A DNA stretch of 64,000 nt from Azolla caroliniana (Eukaryota; Plantae; Polypodiophyta). Position 1 is the stretch's first letter. Each line of letters starts with the position of its first letter. The translations under genes and the position numbers were made by a program. The DNA lies in contig JBHGNT010000003.1 of assembly GCA_043228905.1 (NCBI GenBank), positions 15,686,001 through 15,750,000 on the forward strand. The letters are read 5' to 3'. Positions 48,984 through 61,400 of the stretch are shown piece after piece. Below the pieces are notes generated by a model that had not been told where the DNA came from, ran no database searches, and was given only the letters and a program-made list of their open reading frames with translations.

Positions 48984-51900
48984 TGTGAAAGTGTTTTTAG
49001 AATCTAAGCCATTGAACATTAGGAGAATATAAAGTATAGATAATTCACCTTTTGAGGATAAGAACACGAACTAAAGACCTTAGGGAAGAAGTCAAAAGTA
49101 AAAGTACGAGACCAAGAGAAAAGTAAAAAGAGAAAACGCAGACTATAAAAAACAGTAAAAATAGAATGGTCATAACTCCCTCGTTGTTTATCCAAATATC
49201 ACGTTTAAATATGGATTAGAAAGCTTGTAAAAAGAGCTTTCTATAGCTTTTTAAATCGCTTAATTTGGATATCGGATGAGGGAGATATGACGATTAGAAG
49301 GTCGATATGTCATAGCTAAAAATAGGGAGATAAAAAGCTTCTAAAAATAGCATGAACGTGGATAAGAAGAGGAAGGTTATAAAAGAAGAAGTGATAGGGG
49401 CTAAGAGTGAAGGCCAAAGAGTGGATGAGGAGTGTTAGGAAGAAGTGTCTTTGTGGAAGAGGAAGTGTCTTAGAAGAGGAAGGTCTTTGGTTTTAGTTCA
49501 ATGTGGAGTTTGTCTCCTTTGTATTCTCTTGATGTTGGAATATCAGAACATTCTTATTTCTTGCTCGCTTTCTCTATCTTTTTTCTTAGTTTCTTGAGTT
49601 ATACTCTCTAATCATAATTACCTAGAGCTATATAATATATTATGATTTTCAACTCCATCTAATCGGTTTGGTCAAGCCCTCATATAGTGTATAACTATCT
49701 ATTATCTTATACACCCTATCATTTTGGCGCTCCAGGGAGGGTCGATCCTTTCCGTATAGGAAGAGAAGTTATCATTTAATTGTGTTACTATATTACATTA
49801 ACTTAGCTATGCAATTTGCATTTTCGGGTGAAAGAACACAAGATGCTGGTGCCTTTTTGGCATGCTTTGAGCATCATGCCATATCTATTGGACGCATCAC
49901 CGACAACGAAAAGTTGCCCTTGTTGGTAGCTACATTCTATGGTCGTGCTCGAGATTGGTATGACTCTCTTCCGCAAAATGAACAAGGAGAATATCCATTA
50001 TTGGTGCATCAATTTCGTACAAGATATATTCAATGGAAAAGTGCAACTGAGGTAAGGGAGGAGCTTTTTCAACTAAAGATGGAATCACCTTTTGGTTTTT
50101 TAGAGTATGAACGAAATTTCCAAGAATTGTGGACGACGTGGATTCGTCTTCGTGGTGGCACTGAAGACGAGTGGTTTAAAATGGAACGATTCAAGATGGG
50201 TCTTGATATGTATTTCCGTTTGGAAGCAAACTTGAAGGATCCCACATCGTTTCAAGCTCTTATCCAAGTTTGTCAAGCTTATGATCGACAAGTGAAGATG
50301 ATGAGCTCCTTGGGGGATCCCCAAATGACGGCTTTGGGTGCAAATTTGATGCCTCGTGCCAACTTTCAAGCCTCATCTTCAATTGTGCATGGGGGACAAG
50401 TGTTTCCAAATGTGTATACCACCACAACAATAAACCCAACAAGTATATCCCAAGAAGTTGAACAAGTGAGGAGTGAACAAGATACCATGGCATTGGTAAA
50501 TCGGCGCTTTGATGAAGTGATGACCCACTTGCGACAATCCCAAGCAATTCACAACACTATTCCCGATGGTGGTGGCTCTAGAGGGCATCACGGTGTAATT
50601 TGTTATTCTTGTCAAGAGGAGGGACACATCTCAACAAGATGTCCTCATCGACAACAAAGAGGCATGGGAAGAGGCATTTATCAAGTGCAAAGGAATGGAC
50701 AACGACCTAACAACAATGAAGTCGAAGGAAACGTAACACTCCCTATGGCTCAGGTTCCTACAATCCCTCATAATGTGAATCTTCTTAATTTTATTGATGA
50801 TAGTGATAATTCTTTTGAAGTAGCTCCTGTGAAAAGGACAAGGTCCTCGCAAAAGGAGAAAGAAGTTGAAGGAGAATCTAGTGCCTCAAGACAAAAGAAG
50901 AAGTCTAAGGAGAATGAGAAAGAGGAAAAATTGAGAAGGAGACACTCTAGAAGAAAGATCAAGATGGAGGACATTCCTATGGGTGAAGGTGTAGAAGCTT
51001 TCAATTTGAAGCATGAGTTGATTTCAAGTGGACCAAGGATAACATGGCCGCAACTTCTCCAATTATCTCCCACATTACGAAAGGAGTGGGGGCGACTTGC
51101 AAGTATTCGCCAAAGTCGGAAGACTGTGCATTATGTGGGAATCGTGCGAGTAGAAGATCGAAAGGACATACGACCCACCATCCCCGTCTCCATCAAAGGG
51201 TTTCACATCAAAGATGCATTGGTTGATAGTGGTGCTAGAGTAAGCTTGATTTCTGAATTTGTGGTAAACAAAGTGGGAATTCCTATAAGTAGGTCATCTT
51301 CGGCAAGAGTGGCTGTAGCCGATGGTGGAGTGGTCCATTGCATTGGCATAGTGGAGGATGTTGTCATCAAGTGTTTTGGGGTAAGCATTTCCATGGATTT
51401 TCATGTAATACCACTAAAAGGACCGTCATATTCTTTGGTACTAGGACGACCATGGATGCAAGAACTCAATGTTGTCCAAGATTGGAGCAAAGGTTTGATG
51501 ACCATAACGCCATCAAAAGGAGTGAGCATACATTATGATATGCGGCAACAAAGACTTATTGAGAAAGAAGAAGATGGAATAACTGAATATGATAGTGGGT
51601 CCGCATATGAAAGTGATGAAAGTGAAGATTCCTCGTCAGAATGGGAAATGACCACATCATATGCCGTTTTGAAGGAAGAAGATGATGAAAGAGGTTTAAT
51701 TACTATGGAGCAAAAAGAGAAGATGATTTCTAAAGATCTTAAAGGGCAAGAGAGGCAACAATTTATTAATTTGATTTCTGAATTTCCTAACCTTTTCATT
51801 AGTGATTATGCTCATATTAGGGGTGTAGATGTCATCCAACATCACATAAATCTAAAGGAGGGTACAACTCCCGTTGCGCAAAAGTTGCGAAGGCTAGGTC

Positions 51901-54900
51901 ACGTGCAAAAGGAGGCCTTATTAAAGGAAGTCAAAGCTTTGTTGCGTGCACAATTCATTTACCCAGTGGAAGATTCTGAATGGGTTTCGCCCATTGTGGT
52001 GGTACCTAAAAAGAATGGAAAATGGAGGGTTTGTGTTGATTACAAACCTCTAAATGCGGCTACCAAGAGGGATCACTTTCCTCTCCCTTTCCAAGATGAA
52101 ATATTAGATGAAATTGCGGGTCATGAAATGTACTCTGTTTGTGATGGCTATTCAAGTTATTTTCAAATTCGTATTGCGGAAGAGGATCAAAAGAAGACGA
52201 CATTCATCACTCCATGGGGATGCTTTGCATATCGATGCATGCCCTTTGGACTCACAAATGCTGTTTTTACATTTAATCGTCTTGCTATTCATGTATTCCA
52301 ACCATTCTTTGGAAAGTTTGTTAGAGTCTTTATGGATGACTTTGCAATTTATAGTAGCAGGAAAGACCATTTGGAAAAGGTTCGCTTGGCATTCAAAAGA
52401 TTGGAGGAATGCAAAATGCAACTCAACCCAGAGAAGTGTCACATAGGTGAAAAGGAGGTGGTGATGCTTGGTCATGTGGTGTCTCAAGAAGGAATCAAAG
52501 TTGATAGCTCAAAGATTGAAGCAATTCAAAAGATGACAACACCCACGAGTATCAAAGATTTGGAGGTATTTGTTCAAAAAGTTCGTTACTTTGAACGATT
52601 CATTCATATGTTGGCCCAAATTCTCTATCCTTTTCGCATTATTCTTCGCACCAACAACTTCTTGTGGACATCTACAACTGAAGAGCAATATGTAAGAATA
52701 AAAGAACTATTATGTAATGCTCCTATTCTAAAGCCACCTGATAGAACATCTACCTTCTTTCTTTCTCTTAGTGTTGGATCTCATGCTATAGGAGCCATTC
52801 TTATGCAACAAGATTCTGAAAATAGACTTATGCATCCTATATATTTTATTAGTAAAGCCATGTCTGATGTAGAGAAAGAATTCTTAGAAGTAGAAAAGTG
52901 GATGTTAGCTCTTATATATGCTTGTAAAAAGTTTAGAAGCTTTCTACTACCTCATCATTTTGTAATAATCACTAGCATGTCATTACTCCCATATGTACTC
53001 CAACATGTGAGCATTTCAGCACGAATTGCTAAATGGGCTCTACTATTGGCGGAGTTTGATTTTGAAGTCAAATTGGAATCAACTATGCGTGCCGAATTGG
53101 CGGATCTTCTCACCTTTAGAGAAACCTTTCATGAAGAAGACTTGGTAAAGCTACGAAAGGCACTTCCCGAGCCGGATATGGAGGATGCATTCACCTTATT
53201 CTTTGATGGGGCATTTCGCAAAGCCACAAACATAGCCGTGGGTGGGATTATTCTCAAGGATCCTCAAGGAGACAGAGTAAAAAGTGAAGGTATTACATTA
53301 AGTGGTGTGAATTCAAATAATGAAGCGGAGTATGCTACCTTGTGTTATGGTCTTCGTCTATGTAAAGCTATGAAGATAAAAAGATTAATTCTTAAGGGTG
53401 ATTCCTTATTGGTAATTAAACAAATTCAAGGCAATTGGAAATGTCAAAGTGATGGGCTTAGAAATTTTTATAAAGAAGCAATGAGTCTACTAAGGTCTTT
53501 TGAAAAGATACAGGTTAAGCATGTGGGGAGATTATACAATAAAGAAGCGGATGCATTAGCTCAAGCCCAATTAGATAAGATCAAGGAAGGTTTCGTTGGT
53601 GTTTTGGAGACGTGCAAAGATGTAGACTCCCTAGAGGAAGTACATAATTTTCTTAATAAAGGAGAGTTTCCAAATAACCTCAATGCTTTGCAAAGAAAGC
53701 GTTTGGTGGCAAAGGCTTCACAATATCATTTGGTGGGTGAAGATTTGTACAACAAAGGGAAAGATGGAGTTTTACGAAGAGTTCCTAACAAAAGCGAGAT
53801 TATAAAGATACTCTTTAAGTTGCATGAAGAAGTTTGTGGTGGGCATTTAGCCCATGATATAATGATAAGAAAGATTTTACTAATTGGTTTTACATGGCCT
53901 ACTATCCATAGGGATGTGCATGATTGGTGTAGATCTTGTGATGCATGTCAAAAAGCGGGAATAAGACATCTACAAAGTGGACCTTTACAACCCATTGTGG
54001 TGTTTGCTCCATTCGAGAAATGGGGAATTGATGCAGTAGGACCTCTTCCGAAAACTCAACATGGTAAAGAGTTTATTTTGGTGGCCATTGACTACATGAC
54101 AAAGTGGGTGGAAGCTATAGCAACTTCCTCGATTAAAGCCAAAGATGTAGCCCAATTTGTGTATAAGAATATTTGTACTAGATTTGGAGTTCCCATGGAG
54201 ATTGTATCCGATCATGGACCCGGTTTTAGGAGTGAAATGTTAGCTTGTCTATTAAGCAAGTTGAAGATTAAGCATCGATATTCAACGCCTTATTATCCTC
54301 AAGCAAATGGTGCAGTTGAGAAAGTGAATGGGCTTATAGTGAAGAATTTGACAAAGTTAGTGCAAGACAAAGTAAGAACATGGGATAGGTATTTGGATGA
54401 TACTCTTTGGGCTTATAGAGTTTCTTATAAATCCTCCACAGGTTTTACTCCTTTTTATTTGGTTTATGGAAAAGAAGCGTTACTTCCGATCGAACTTGAG
54501 ATCAAAAGTAATAGACTAATGGAGGCATCGCATCGCTCAAAAGGAAATGATGTGATGAGTCGTTTAGCGAGCAACCATCTACTACAATATTTAAGAGAAG
54601 AAGCTGTGGAGCATTACTTAAATCAAGCAATGAAGAGAAAGGAGGCATATGACAAAAAACACAAGGGCAACCACATTGAAGAAGGATCATTGGTTCTTAG
54701 GTATGATAATAGATATGATTATATTCAAGGACAAAAGCTTGATAATAAGTGGGAAGGACCCTTTGTGGTTCACAAAAAGTATGACAACGGAAGTTACCAA
54801 TTGAAAGATGTGGATGGAGCACTTCATTCTTATCGAGTGAACGGATGGCGCCTTAAAAAGTATGTAACTCGGGGACCTACTTATATTCCCCAAGTTACTA

Positions 54901-55965
54901 ATGATATTGTTGATACGGATGGATGGGAGCAAGAAGTGGACTTGTTTCCCCATACATTATTTTCTTAATAGTCCATATTGTAGACCCCTCTTTCTCTCTA
55001 TTAACAAAGAGGAAGATGGTAATAGTGATTATCTTTTTTTTGTAGAGAATGTGAGGTTTTTCCTACCGATTAGCGGGGGTTTTACTCACATCTTTTTATT
55101 TTCTTTTTATTATATCTCTCTCATTGTCTATAGCCAAGAGATTGGCGAGAGAGCTTTTGTTTGTTAAGTACTGCCAATAAGTGCTTCGCCATAAATGGCT
55201 TAGCCTCTAACAAGGGGGAGGGCTAAATGTGAAAGTGTTTTTAGAATCTAAGCCATTGAACATTAGGAGAATATAAAGTATAGATAATTCACCTTTTGAG
55301 GATAAGAACACGAACTAAAGACCTTAGGGAAGAAGTCAAAAGTAAAAGTACGAGACCAAGAGAAAAGTAAAAAGAGAAAACGCAGACTATAAAAAACAGT
55401 AAAAATAGAATGGTCATAACTCCCTCGTTGTTTATCCAAATATCACGTTTAAATATGGATTAGAAAGCTTGTAAAAAGAGCTTTCTATAGCTTTTTAAAT
55501 CGCTTAATTTGGATATCGGATGAGGGAGATATGACGATTAGAAGGTCGATATGTCATAGCTAAAAATAGGGAGATAAAAAGCTTCTAAAAATAGCATGAA
55601 CGTGGATAAGAAGAGGAAGGTTATAAAAGAAGAAGTGATAGGGGCTAAGAGTGAAGGCCAAAGAGTGGATGAGGAGTGTTAGGAAGAAGTGTCTTTGTGG
55701 AAGAGGAAGTGTCTTAGAAGAGGAAGGTCTTTGGTTTTAGTTCAATGTGGAGTTTGTCTCCTTTGTATTCTCTTGATGTTGGAATATCAGAACATTCTTA
55801 TTTCTTGCTCGCTTTCTCTATCTTTTTTCTTAGTTTCTTGAGTTATACTCTCTAATCATAATTACCTAGAGCTATATAATATATTATGATTTTCAACTCC
55901 ATCTAATCGGTTTGGTCAAGCCCTCATATAGTGTATAACTATCTATTATCTTATACACCCTATCA
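48984..55965 (+). mobile_element. Intact Ty3/gypsy element E (Tat-like, dual RNase H); 738-bp LTRs 48984-49721 and 55228-55965; TSD GTATG
   Basis: No LTR mismatch found by eye; perfect TSD at 48979-48983 and 55966-55970; PBS TGGCGCTCCAGGGAGGGT at 49725; PPT AAGGGGGAGGG at 55212-55222. Confidence 0.97.
49809..54968 (+). CDS. Gag-pol polyprotein: gag, CCHC knuckle, protease, RT, degenerate RNase H, additional archaeal-type RNase H, integrase
   Basis: Uninterrupted frame (open from 49782, first ATG 49809). CYSCQEEGHISTRC, LVDSGA, FMDD, FDGA...NNEAEY...GDS...NKEADALA, H...GGH...CDAC, WGIDAVG...SDHG...VEKVN. Confidence 0.95.
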   Translation: MQFAFSGERTQDAGAFLACFEHHAISIGRITDNEKLPLLVATFYGRARDWYDSLPQNEQGEYPLLVHQFRTRYIQWKSATEVREELFQLKMESPFGFLEYERNFQELWTTWIRLRGGTEDEWFKMERFKMGLDMYFRLEANLKDPTSFQALIQVCQAYDRQVKMMSSLGDPQMTALGANLMPRANFQASSSIVHGGQVFPNVYTTTTINPTSISQEVEQVRSEQDTMALVNRRFDEVMTHLRQSQAIHNTIPDGGGSRGHHGVICYSCQEEGHISTRCPHRQQRGMGRGIYQVQRNGQRPNNNEVEGNVTLPMAQVPTIPHNVNLLNFIDDSDNSFEVAPVKRTRSSQKEKEVEGESSASRQKKKSKENEKEEKLRRRHSRRKIKMEDIPMGEGVEAFNLKHELISSGPRITWPQLLQLSPTLRKEWGRLASIRQSRKTVHYVGIVRVEDRKDIRPTIPVSIKGFHIKDALVDSGARVSLISEFVVNKVGIPISRSSSARVAVADGGVVHCIGIVEDVVIKCFGVSISMDFHVIPLKGPSYSLVLGRPWMQELNVVQDWSKGLMTITPSKGVSIHYDMRQQRLIEKEEDGITEYDSGSAYESDESEDSSSEWEMTTSYAVLKEEDDERGLITMEQKEKMISKDLKGQERQQFINLISEFPNLFISDYAHIRGVDVIQHHINLKEGTTPVAQKLRRLGHVQKEALLKEVKALLRAQFIYPVEDSEWVSPIVVVPKKNGKWRVCVDYKPLNAATKRDHFPLPFQDEILDEIAGHEMYSVCDGYSSYFQIRIAEEDQKKTTFITPWGCFAYRCMPFGLTNAVFTFNRLAIHVFQPFFGKFVRVFMDDFAIYSSRKDHLEKVRLAFKRLEECKMQLNPEKCHIGEKEVVMLGHVVSQEGIKVDSSKIEAIQKMTTPTSIKDLEVFVQKVRYFERFIHMLAQILYPFRIILRTNNFLWTSTTEEQYVRIKELLCNAPILKPPDRTSTFFLSLSVGSHAIGAILMQQDSENRLMHPIYFISKAMSDVEKEFLEVEKWMLALIYACKKFRSFLLPHHFVIITSMSLLPYVLQHVSISARIAKWALLLAEFDFEVKLESTMRAELADLLTFRETFHEEDLVKLRKALPEPDMEDAFTLFFDGAFRKATNIAVGGIILKDPQGDRVKSEGITLSGVNSNNEAEYATLCYGLRLCKAMKIKRLILKGDSLLVIKQIQGNWKCQSDGLRNFYKEAMSLLRSFEKIQVKHVGRLYNKEADALAQAQLDKIKEGFVGVLETCKDVDSLEEVHNFLNKGEFPNNLNALQRKRLVAKASQYHLVGEDLYNKGKDGVLRRVPNKSEIIKILFKLHEEVCGGHLAHDIMIRKILLIGFTWPTIHRDVHDWCRSCDACQKAGIRHLQSGPLQPIVVFAPFEKWGIDAVGPLPKTQHGKEFILVAIDYMTKWVEAIATSSIKAKDVAQFVYKNICTRFGVPMEIVSDHGPGFRSEMLACLLSKLKIKHRYSTPYYPQANGAVEKVNGLIVKNLTKLVQDKVRTWDRYLDDTLWAYRVSYKSSTGFTPFYLVYGKEALLPIELEIKSNRLMEASHRSKGNDVMSRLASNHLLQYLREEAVEHYLNQAMKRKEAYDKKHKGNHIEEGSLVLRYDNRYDYIQGQKLDNKWEGPFVVHKKYDNGSYQLKDVDGALHSYRVNGWRLKKYVTRGPTYIPQVTNDIVDTDGWEQEVDLFPHTLFS

Positions 55966-57622
55966 GTATGTACCTGGCTAGATATCGCATATGCAGTTGG
56001 AGCGGTGACCCAGTTCATGAGCAATTCCGGAAAAGAGCACTGGAACGCAGTTAAGTGGATACTCCGGTATTTGAGAGGCACCTCGAGTATGCGTGTCCGG
56101 TTCGGCTCTGGTAATCCCCAACTTGACGGATTCACGGATTCGGATATGTCAGTTGATGCGGATACCAGCCAGTCGACATCCGGATATGTCATGACCTATG
56201 CAAGGGGAGTTGTATCATGGCCGTCAAGGCTGGAGAAGATGGTTGCGTTGTCAACCACGGAGGCGGAGTACATGGCAATTATGGAAGCCAACAAGGAGAT
56301 AATCTGGATGAAGGACTTCATCAGAGAGCTAGGGATCCAACAGGAGGAATACCAGCTCTACTGCGACAGTCAAAGTGTCATCCACCTTGCAAAGAACACG
56401 GCCTACCATTCCTGGATGAAACATATCCAGCAAAGGTACCACTGGATCTGGGAGAGAGTAGAAGATCAAGAGTTAGTGTTGACGAAGATCCACACAGAGG
56501 AGAATGGGTCGGATATGTTGACCAAGGTGCTGACAACCGACAAGCTGGATGTGTGCCGAAAGCGGATCGGGCTAGCGAGACATCCCATGCTGGAGTGAAG
56601 GGGGAGATTGTTGGGAAATTGGTCCCTCCAGATGGGATCCGGTTATGAATGGAGTGGACCCAGTGAGAACTAGAAGAGATCCGGAAACCGGATCAGATGG
56701 ACCCAGTGAGCTGGAAGTGAAGACATATTTGTAAATATGTTTTTCAGTAAGCCTATTGAGGCTATATTTGTAAATAGCCCTAAGTTCATATAAGTATAAA
56801 TATGACTTAGGGCAATCACTTTAGTGGTGTTTGTCATATTGTGTATAACTATTGTACAGACAAAGAGTGAGAGAGAGCAAGAGAGTAGCTACGAGCACTT
56901 TCTATTGTAACCGCCTTCTGGCGAAGATCGCGAGCACGAGGTCATTGCCTCTGTGTCTCCTCTTTGTATTTCCTCTCATATAGTGATAGTTGGATTTCGT
57001 GGGCTCCCGTGGTTTTTCCCTATTAGGGTTTTCCGCGTAAATATTATGTGTACTCTCTACTTCCCATTTCTGTATTTCATTCCCATTGTTGTGATTCAAA
57101 ACTCGGTTGTGGCCGAGCAATATTCCGCGCTATTCTTCACACCATCCACATTGCGAATAATGCGGCCTACCATTCCCGAACAAAACACATCCAACAGAGG
57201 TATCACTGGATCCGGGAGAGAGTAGAAGATCAAGACTTGTGCTGACGAAGATCCACACGAAGGAGAACAGATCGGATATGCTGACCAAGGTGCTTTCAAC
57301 CGACAAGTTGGACGTTGTTTAGAATAAATCTCAACTTGGTCTAGTGTGTGAACTCACCTTGAGAGTGAATAGACACTCCAACAGTCAAGAGTCACCATTA
57401 TGTCACCACTTTGTATTCTAGCATTTAGTATGAGTCATAGAATCATATTCTATGACACATAACTTATGAGCTTTCACATTCCCCATGCTCCATGAGTCTT
57501 GTAGTTAATGAAGAGGTAGGGTGACTATATAAAGCACCATCCTCCCTCCTTGTATAATGTCGAGTCTTTCTCCTTTGTTAATATACTTTTACCTTGCGTA
57601 TTCTCTGTGTCTTACTCCTTGT

Positions 57623-57662
<40 letters not shown>

Positions 57663-57820
57663 CACACACACAGTTCATATCTATCCTGCCGCACAGAATC
57701 CATCTCTTGATTCTTTACATGGTATCAGAGCGACTTGGTAGCTCGATCTAGCCCATCCGCGTGCGTTGTGTCCTACGCCAACGACCAAGAACCGGCCCAT
57801 TGCTATCGTAGCTTCGCTAC

Positions 57821-58429
57821 TGTTGGGATTACGGTCCCTTCGGATGGGATGGTCGGATGTCGGAGATGAATGCCGACAGGCCCGGTTTCGGTTTCGGATC
57901 CGGATGACGAAGACCCCGGCTTCGGTGCCGGATGACGAATGTACCCGGAGAGCGATCCGGATGCAGGGACATATCCGTGAATATGTTCGCTATGGGCCCC
58001 TGAGGCCACAGTTGTAAATAGTCCCAAAGTCATATGTGTATAAATATGACTTAGGGCAAACAGTTTTAGTGCAGCTTCTCATTTTTCTGTTTTTCCACTC
58101 AAGAGGAGTGAAGAGGGAGCAGCCGTGAGACAGAGTGAGAGATAGAGCGCGAGAGAAGAAGAGGTAGACGCCTCTGTGTATTTCCGCCGCCTATGGCGAG
58201 GACAGCGAGCTCAAGGTCGTCGCCTTGGAGCTCGTCATTGTATACTTCTCTTGTATAGTGTTGTTTGGAGTCTTGTACTCCCGTGGTTTTTCCCATCTAG
58301 GGTTTTCCACGTTAATCCCTGTGTACTCGTGTGTTTCTCTCTTTTGGTTTCTATTTTCTGCTGCATTGATCCGCGATTAATCGGTTGTGGCCGAGCGGTG
58401 AAGGTGAATCCAAGCGTTGATTCCCAACA
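57821..58429 (+). mobile_element. Solo LTR (609 bp, C-family related) in the 5' UTR of copia F
   Basis: TGTTGGGA...TCCCAACA termini; perfect TSD GCTAC at 57816-57820 and 58430-58434. Confidence 0.92.
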
Positions 58430-58489
58430 GCTACATAGCTCGCATTCGAAGAGAGAAGAAGAAGAAGAAGAAGAAGAAGAATCGACATA

Positions 58490-61400
58490 ATGAATACTCA
58501 AATGGGGAGCGCTCTCCCTACCAAGAAGTTGGATCGAAACAACTTCGCATCTTGGGAGTACAAGATGCACCAATACCTTGTCGTACAAGGCTATTGGAGC
58601 TACATCAAAGGAGCGCACGAAGACCGACCCGTCGAAATAGCTCCTAGATACGCGACATGGGAGCAAGCCGCAAGCCGCGTGATGTATTGCTTGGCGACAT
58701 GTGTTCACGATCACATGCTCAGCTACATTCGCGAAGCCAAAATGCCAAAAGAGGCATGGGAAAATCTACGAAATATTTTTGCGACGAAGACAACCGCAAG
58801 AAGGCTTCAACTCCGCCAAGAGTTGAACAACATTCAACAAAGGGACATGTCCATCACGACATACACCTTGAAGATCAAGGAGCATTGCAACTCGCTCGGC
58901 TCGATAAGCGTAAATATCGATGATGATGAGATGGTGAAAATATGCCTCCGTGGCCTCGCACCACGGTTCGGCGCGATGCGAACCGCCATTATACCAAGGG
59001 AGAAATCCTCCTCCTTCTTTGAGCTCCAATCAATGCTATTGGTCGAAGAAAACCACACTCGTACTAGGAGCAATGAGTCGGAAGGCCACATGCTCTACAC
59101 GCACTCAAACGGGGGAAGAGGACACGGACGAGCGAGAGGCCGATTTGGCCAAGGACTAAGCGGACAAGGTCCGACCTACGACAACAACTCCCAATTTCGG
59201 CCGCAAAACGGAAGCCAACGAGGAACCTTCGCAAGAAGGGGGAGCTTCCACTCCGGCCCGAGCCATCAAAACGCAATCGAATGCGGATATTACGGAAAGG
59301 TCGGCCACCACGAAGAAGAGTGCCGAAAGAAGATGCGTGAATCAGCTTCCACAAGCCGACAACTCACGAATTACGCGCACAATTCCGACTATGAGGGGTA
59401 TAGAGGAATGTACGGGCACAACTCCGACTACGAAGATCGTGGCGGAATGTATGCACACAACTCCGACCGTGGCGGAATGTTCATGATGAAACATAGAGCA
59501 AACTCTATGTCGGCCTCTACCTCAACTAGTGCCCTCAATCCGGAAGACGTATGGTTTATTGACTCCGGAGCCTCAAACCATATGACATCTCATAAAGAAT
59601 GGTTTCTCGAACTTCGAGAGCCGGAGCGACCCGATTATGTCGAAACTAGAGATGACACTACACACCCGATTCGGCACATCGGCAATGTTCCGTTCGGCGA
59701 AAGAGGTAAGCAAACATACATTAAAAATGTCTTACATGTTCCCACCATCACGAAGAATTTGGTCTCAATCGGCCAAATGGTTGAGCAAGGGATGCAAGTA
59801 CAATTCAACCAAGAAGGGTGCTTCATCGAAAAAGAGGGCCGAATCATCACACGCGGAAGAAGAGAGGGCCGGATGTTCATTCTTGATTCACACGAGATGA
59901 AATCCGCCATGTTCGCAAAAAGCATGAAAGCTGACTCCGACATAGAGCTATGGCACAAGCGAATCGGACACATCAATCTCAACAAACTCAAAGCAATGAA
60001 ATCGAAAGGAGTCATCATCGGACTCCCGACATTCAAAGAGAAGGAGATTGAAGGTGTATGCGAAGCATGCCAATTCAGCAAGCAACACCGACACCCATTC
60101 CCGAAAGAGTGGAATGTGAGCAAAGGTCTACTCGACGTAGTCCATTCCGACGTATGGGGACCGGCGCAGACGGCTACATTCGGCGGATGCCAATATTACG
60201 TGCTCTTCATCGATGACTTCTCCAAGCACACGTGGCTCTATCTGATGCGGCAAAAGGGCGAAGTGTTCGGACACTTCCAAAGGTTTAAAAACGAAGTCGA
60301 AAACGCCACTGGTCGTCATGTACAATGCCTTTGATCGGATGGCGGCAAGGAGTACTTCTCGAACGATATCACAGTGTATCTCCGAAAGGAAGGAATTCGG
60401 CGAGAATTCACTTGCCAACACACTCCGCAACAAAACAGAGTAGATGAGTGCAAAAATTGGCACATCCTCGAAGTAGCGCGGGCCATGATGAATGAGAAGC
60501 ATATGCCAAAGTCATATTGGGCCAAAGCTGCAAATACAACCATCTACCTAATGAACCGGTGCACAACATCCAGAGTGCACAAGGTCACTACGCACGAAAA
60601 ATACTTCGGAAAGAAGCCGGACTTATCGCACACCCGAATATTCAGCGCGATAGCGTACGTGCACATCCCCGACGAGAAGCATCAAAAGCTTGACCCGAAG
60701 TCGGAGAAATGTATCCTCGTAGGATACTCACTGGAGCGAAAGGGGTACAAGTGCTACAACCCCTCAACCCGAAAATCTCGAGTACGTCGAGACATCGTTT
60801 TTGACGAGTCCGCATACTGGTACACACCAGAGACAACTTCAACTCTGACTCCACTCAACCCGGATTCCACTGAACAAGAGATAGAGGATGAAGATCTCCT
60901 TACACATATGTTCGAAGAAAGTCCAATCACGACCCGACTGAGCGGACCACAAGAGCCTTTGAGCGATCAAAGCACATCACAGCCTAGCCCGAAGATGGAC
61001 AAAGGCAAGGCGAAAATGTCGGAAGACGAAGACGACCGCTTTGACGACGATGAGTCGACTCACTCACTCGACAGTGAGTTCAGCGGCTTCAATGTACCAA
61101 TCGGAGCTAAGAAAGCCCTCATCTCTGCAAATGAAAAGCTCTGTCGTTCCACCCATGAAAAGAATCCGATCATCCGATTCGGCTACAACAACTACATGGC
61201 ATATCACTATGCCTTTATGATGAAGGTGGCGACAGTACGCGAGCCGGAAACATTTTTCGAAGCAGCCAAGGATCCGCGATGGATCGAAGCCATGAACGGG
61301 GAGATGCAGACACTACGCAAGAATGAGACGTGGATTCTCGTTCCCACCTCACCACACAAAAAGGCGATCGGATGCAGATGGATTTACAAAGTGAAGTACA

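Larger units (their letters stand above)
39927..57141 (+). mobile_element. Ty1/copia element C2 (same family as C1) nested in the C1 RNase H; LTRs 39927-40643 and 56609-57141; TSD TCATC/CCATC
   Basis: 533-bp LTR pair (5' copy has a U5 duplication), PBS 40647-40658, PPT 56597-56606, coding pieces 40672-41423, 46316-48983 and 55971-56598. Confidence 0.92.
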
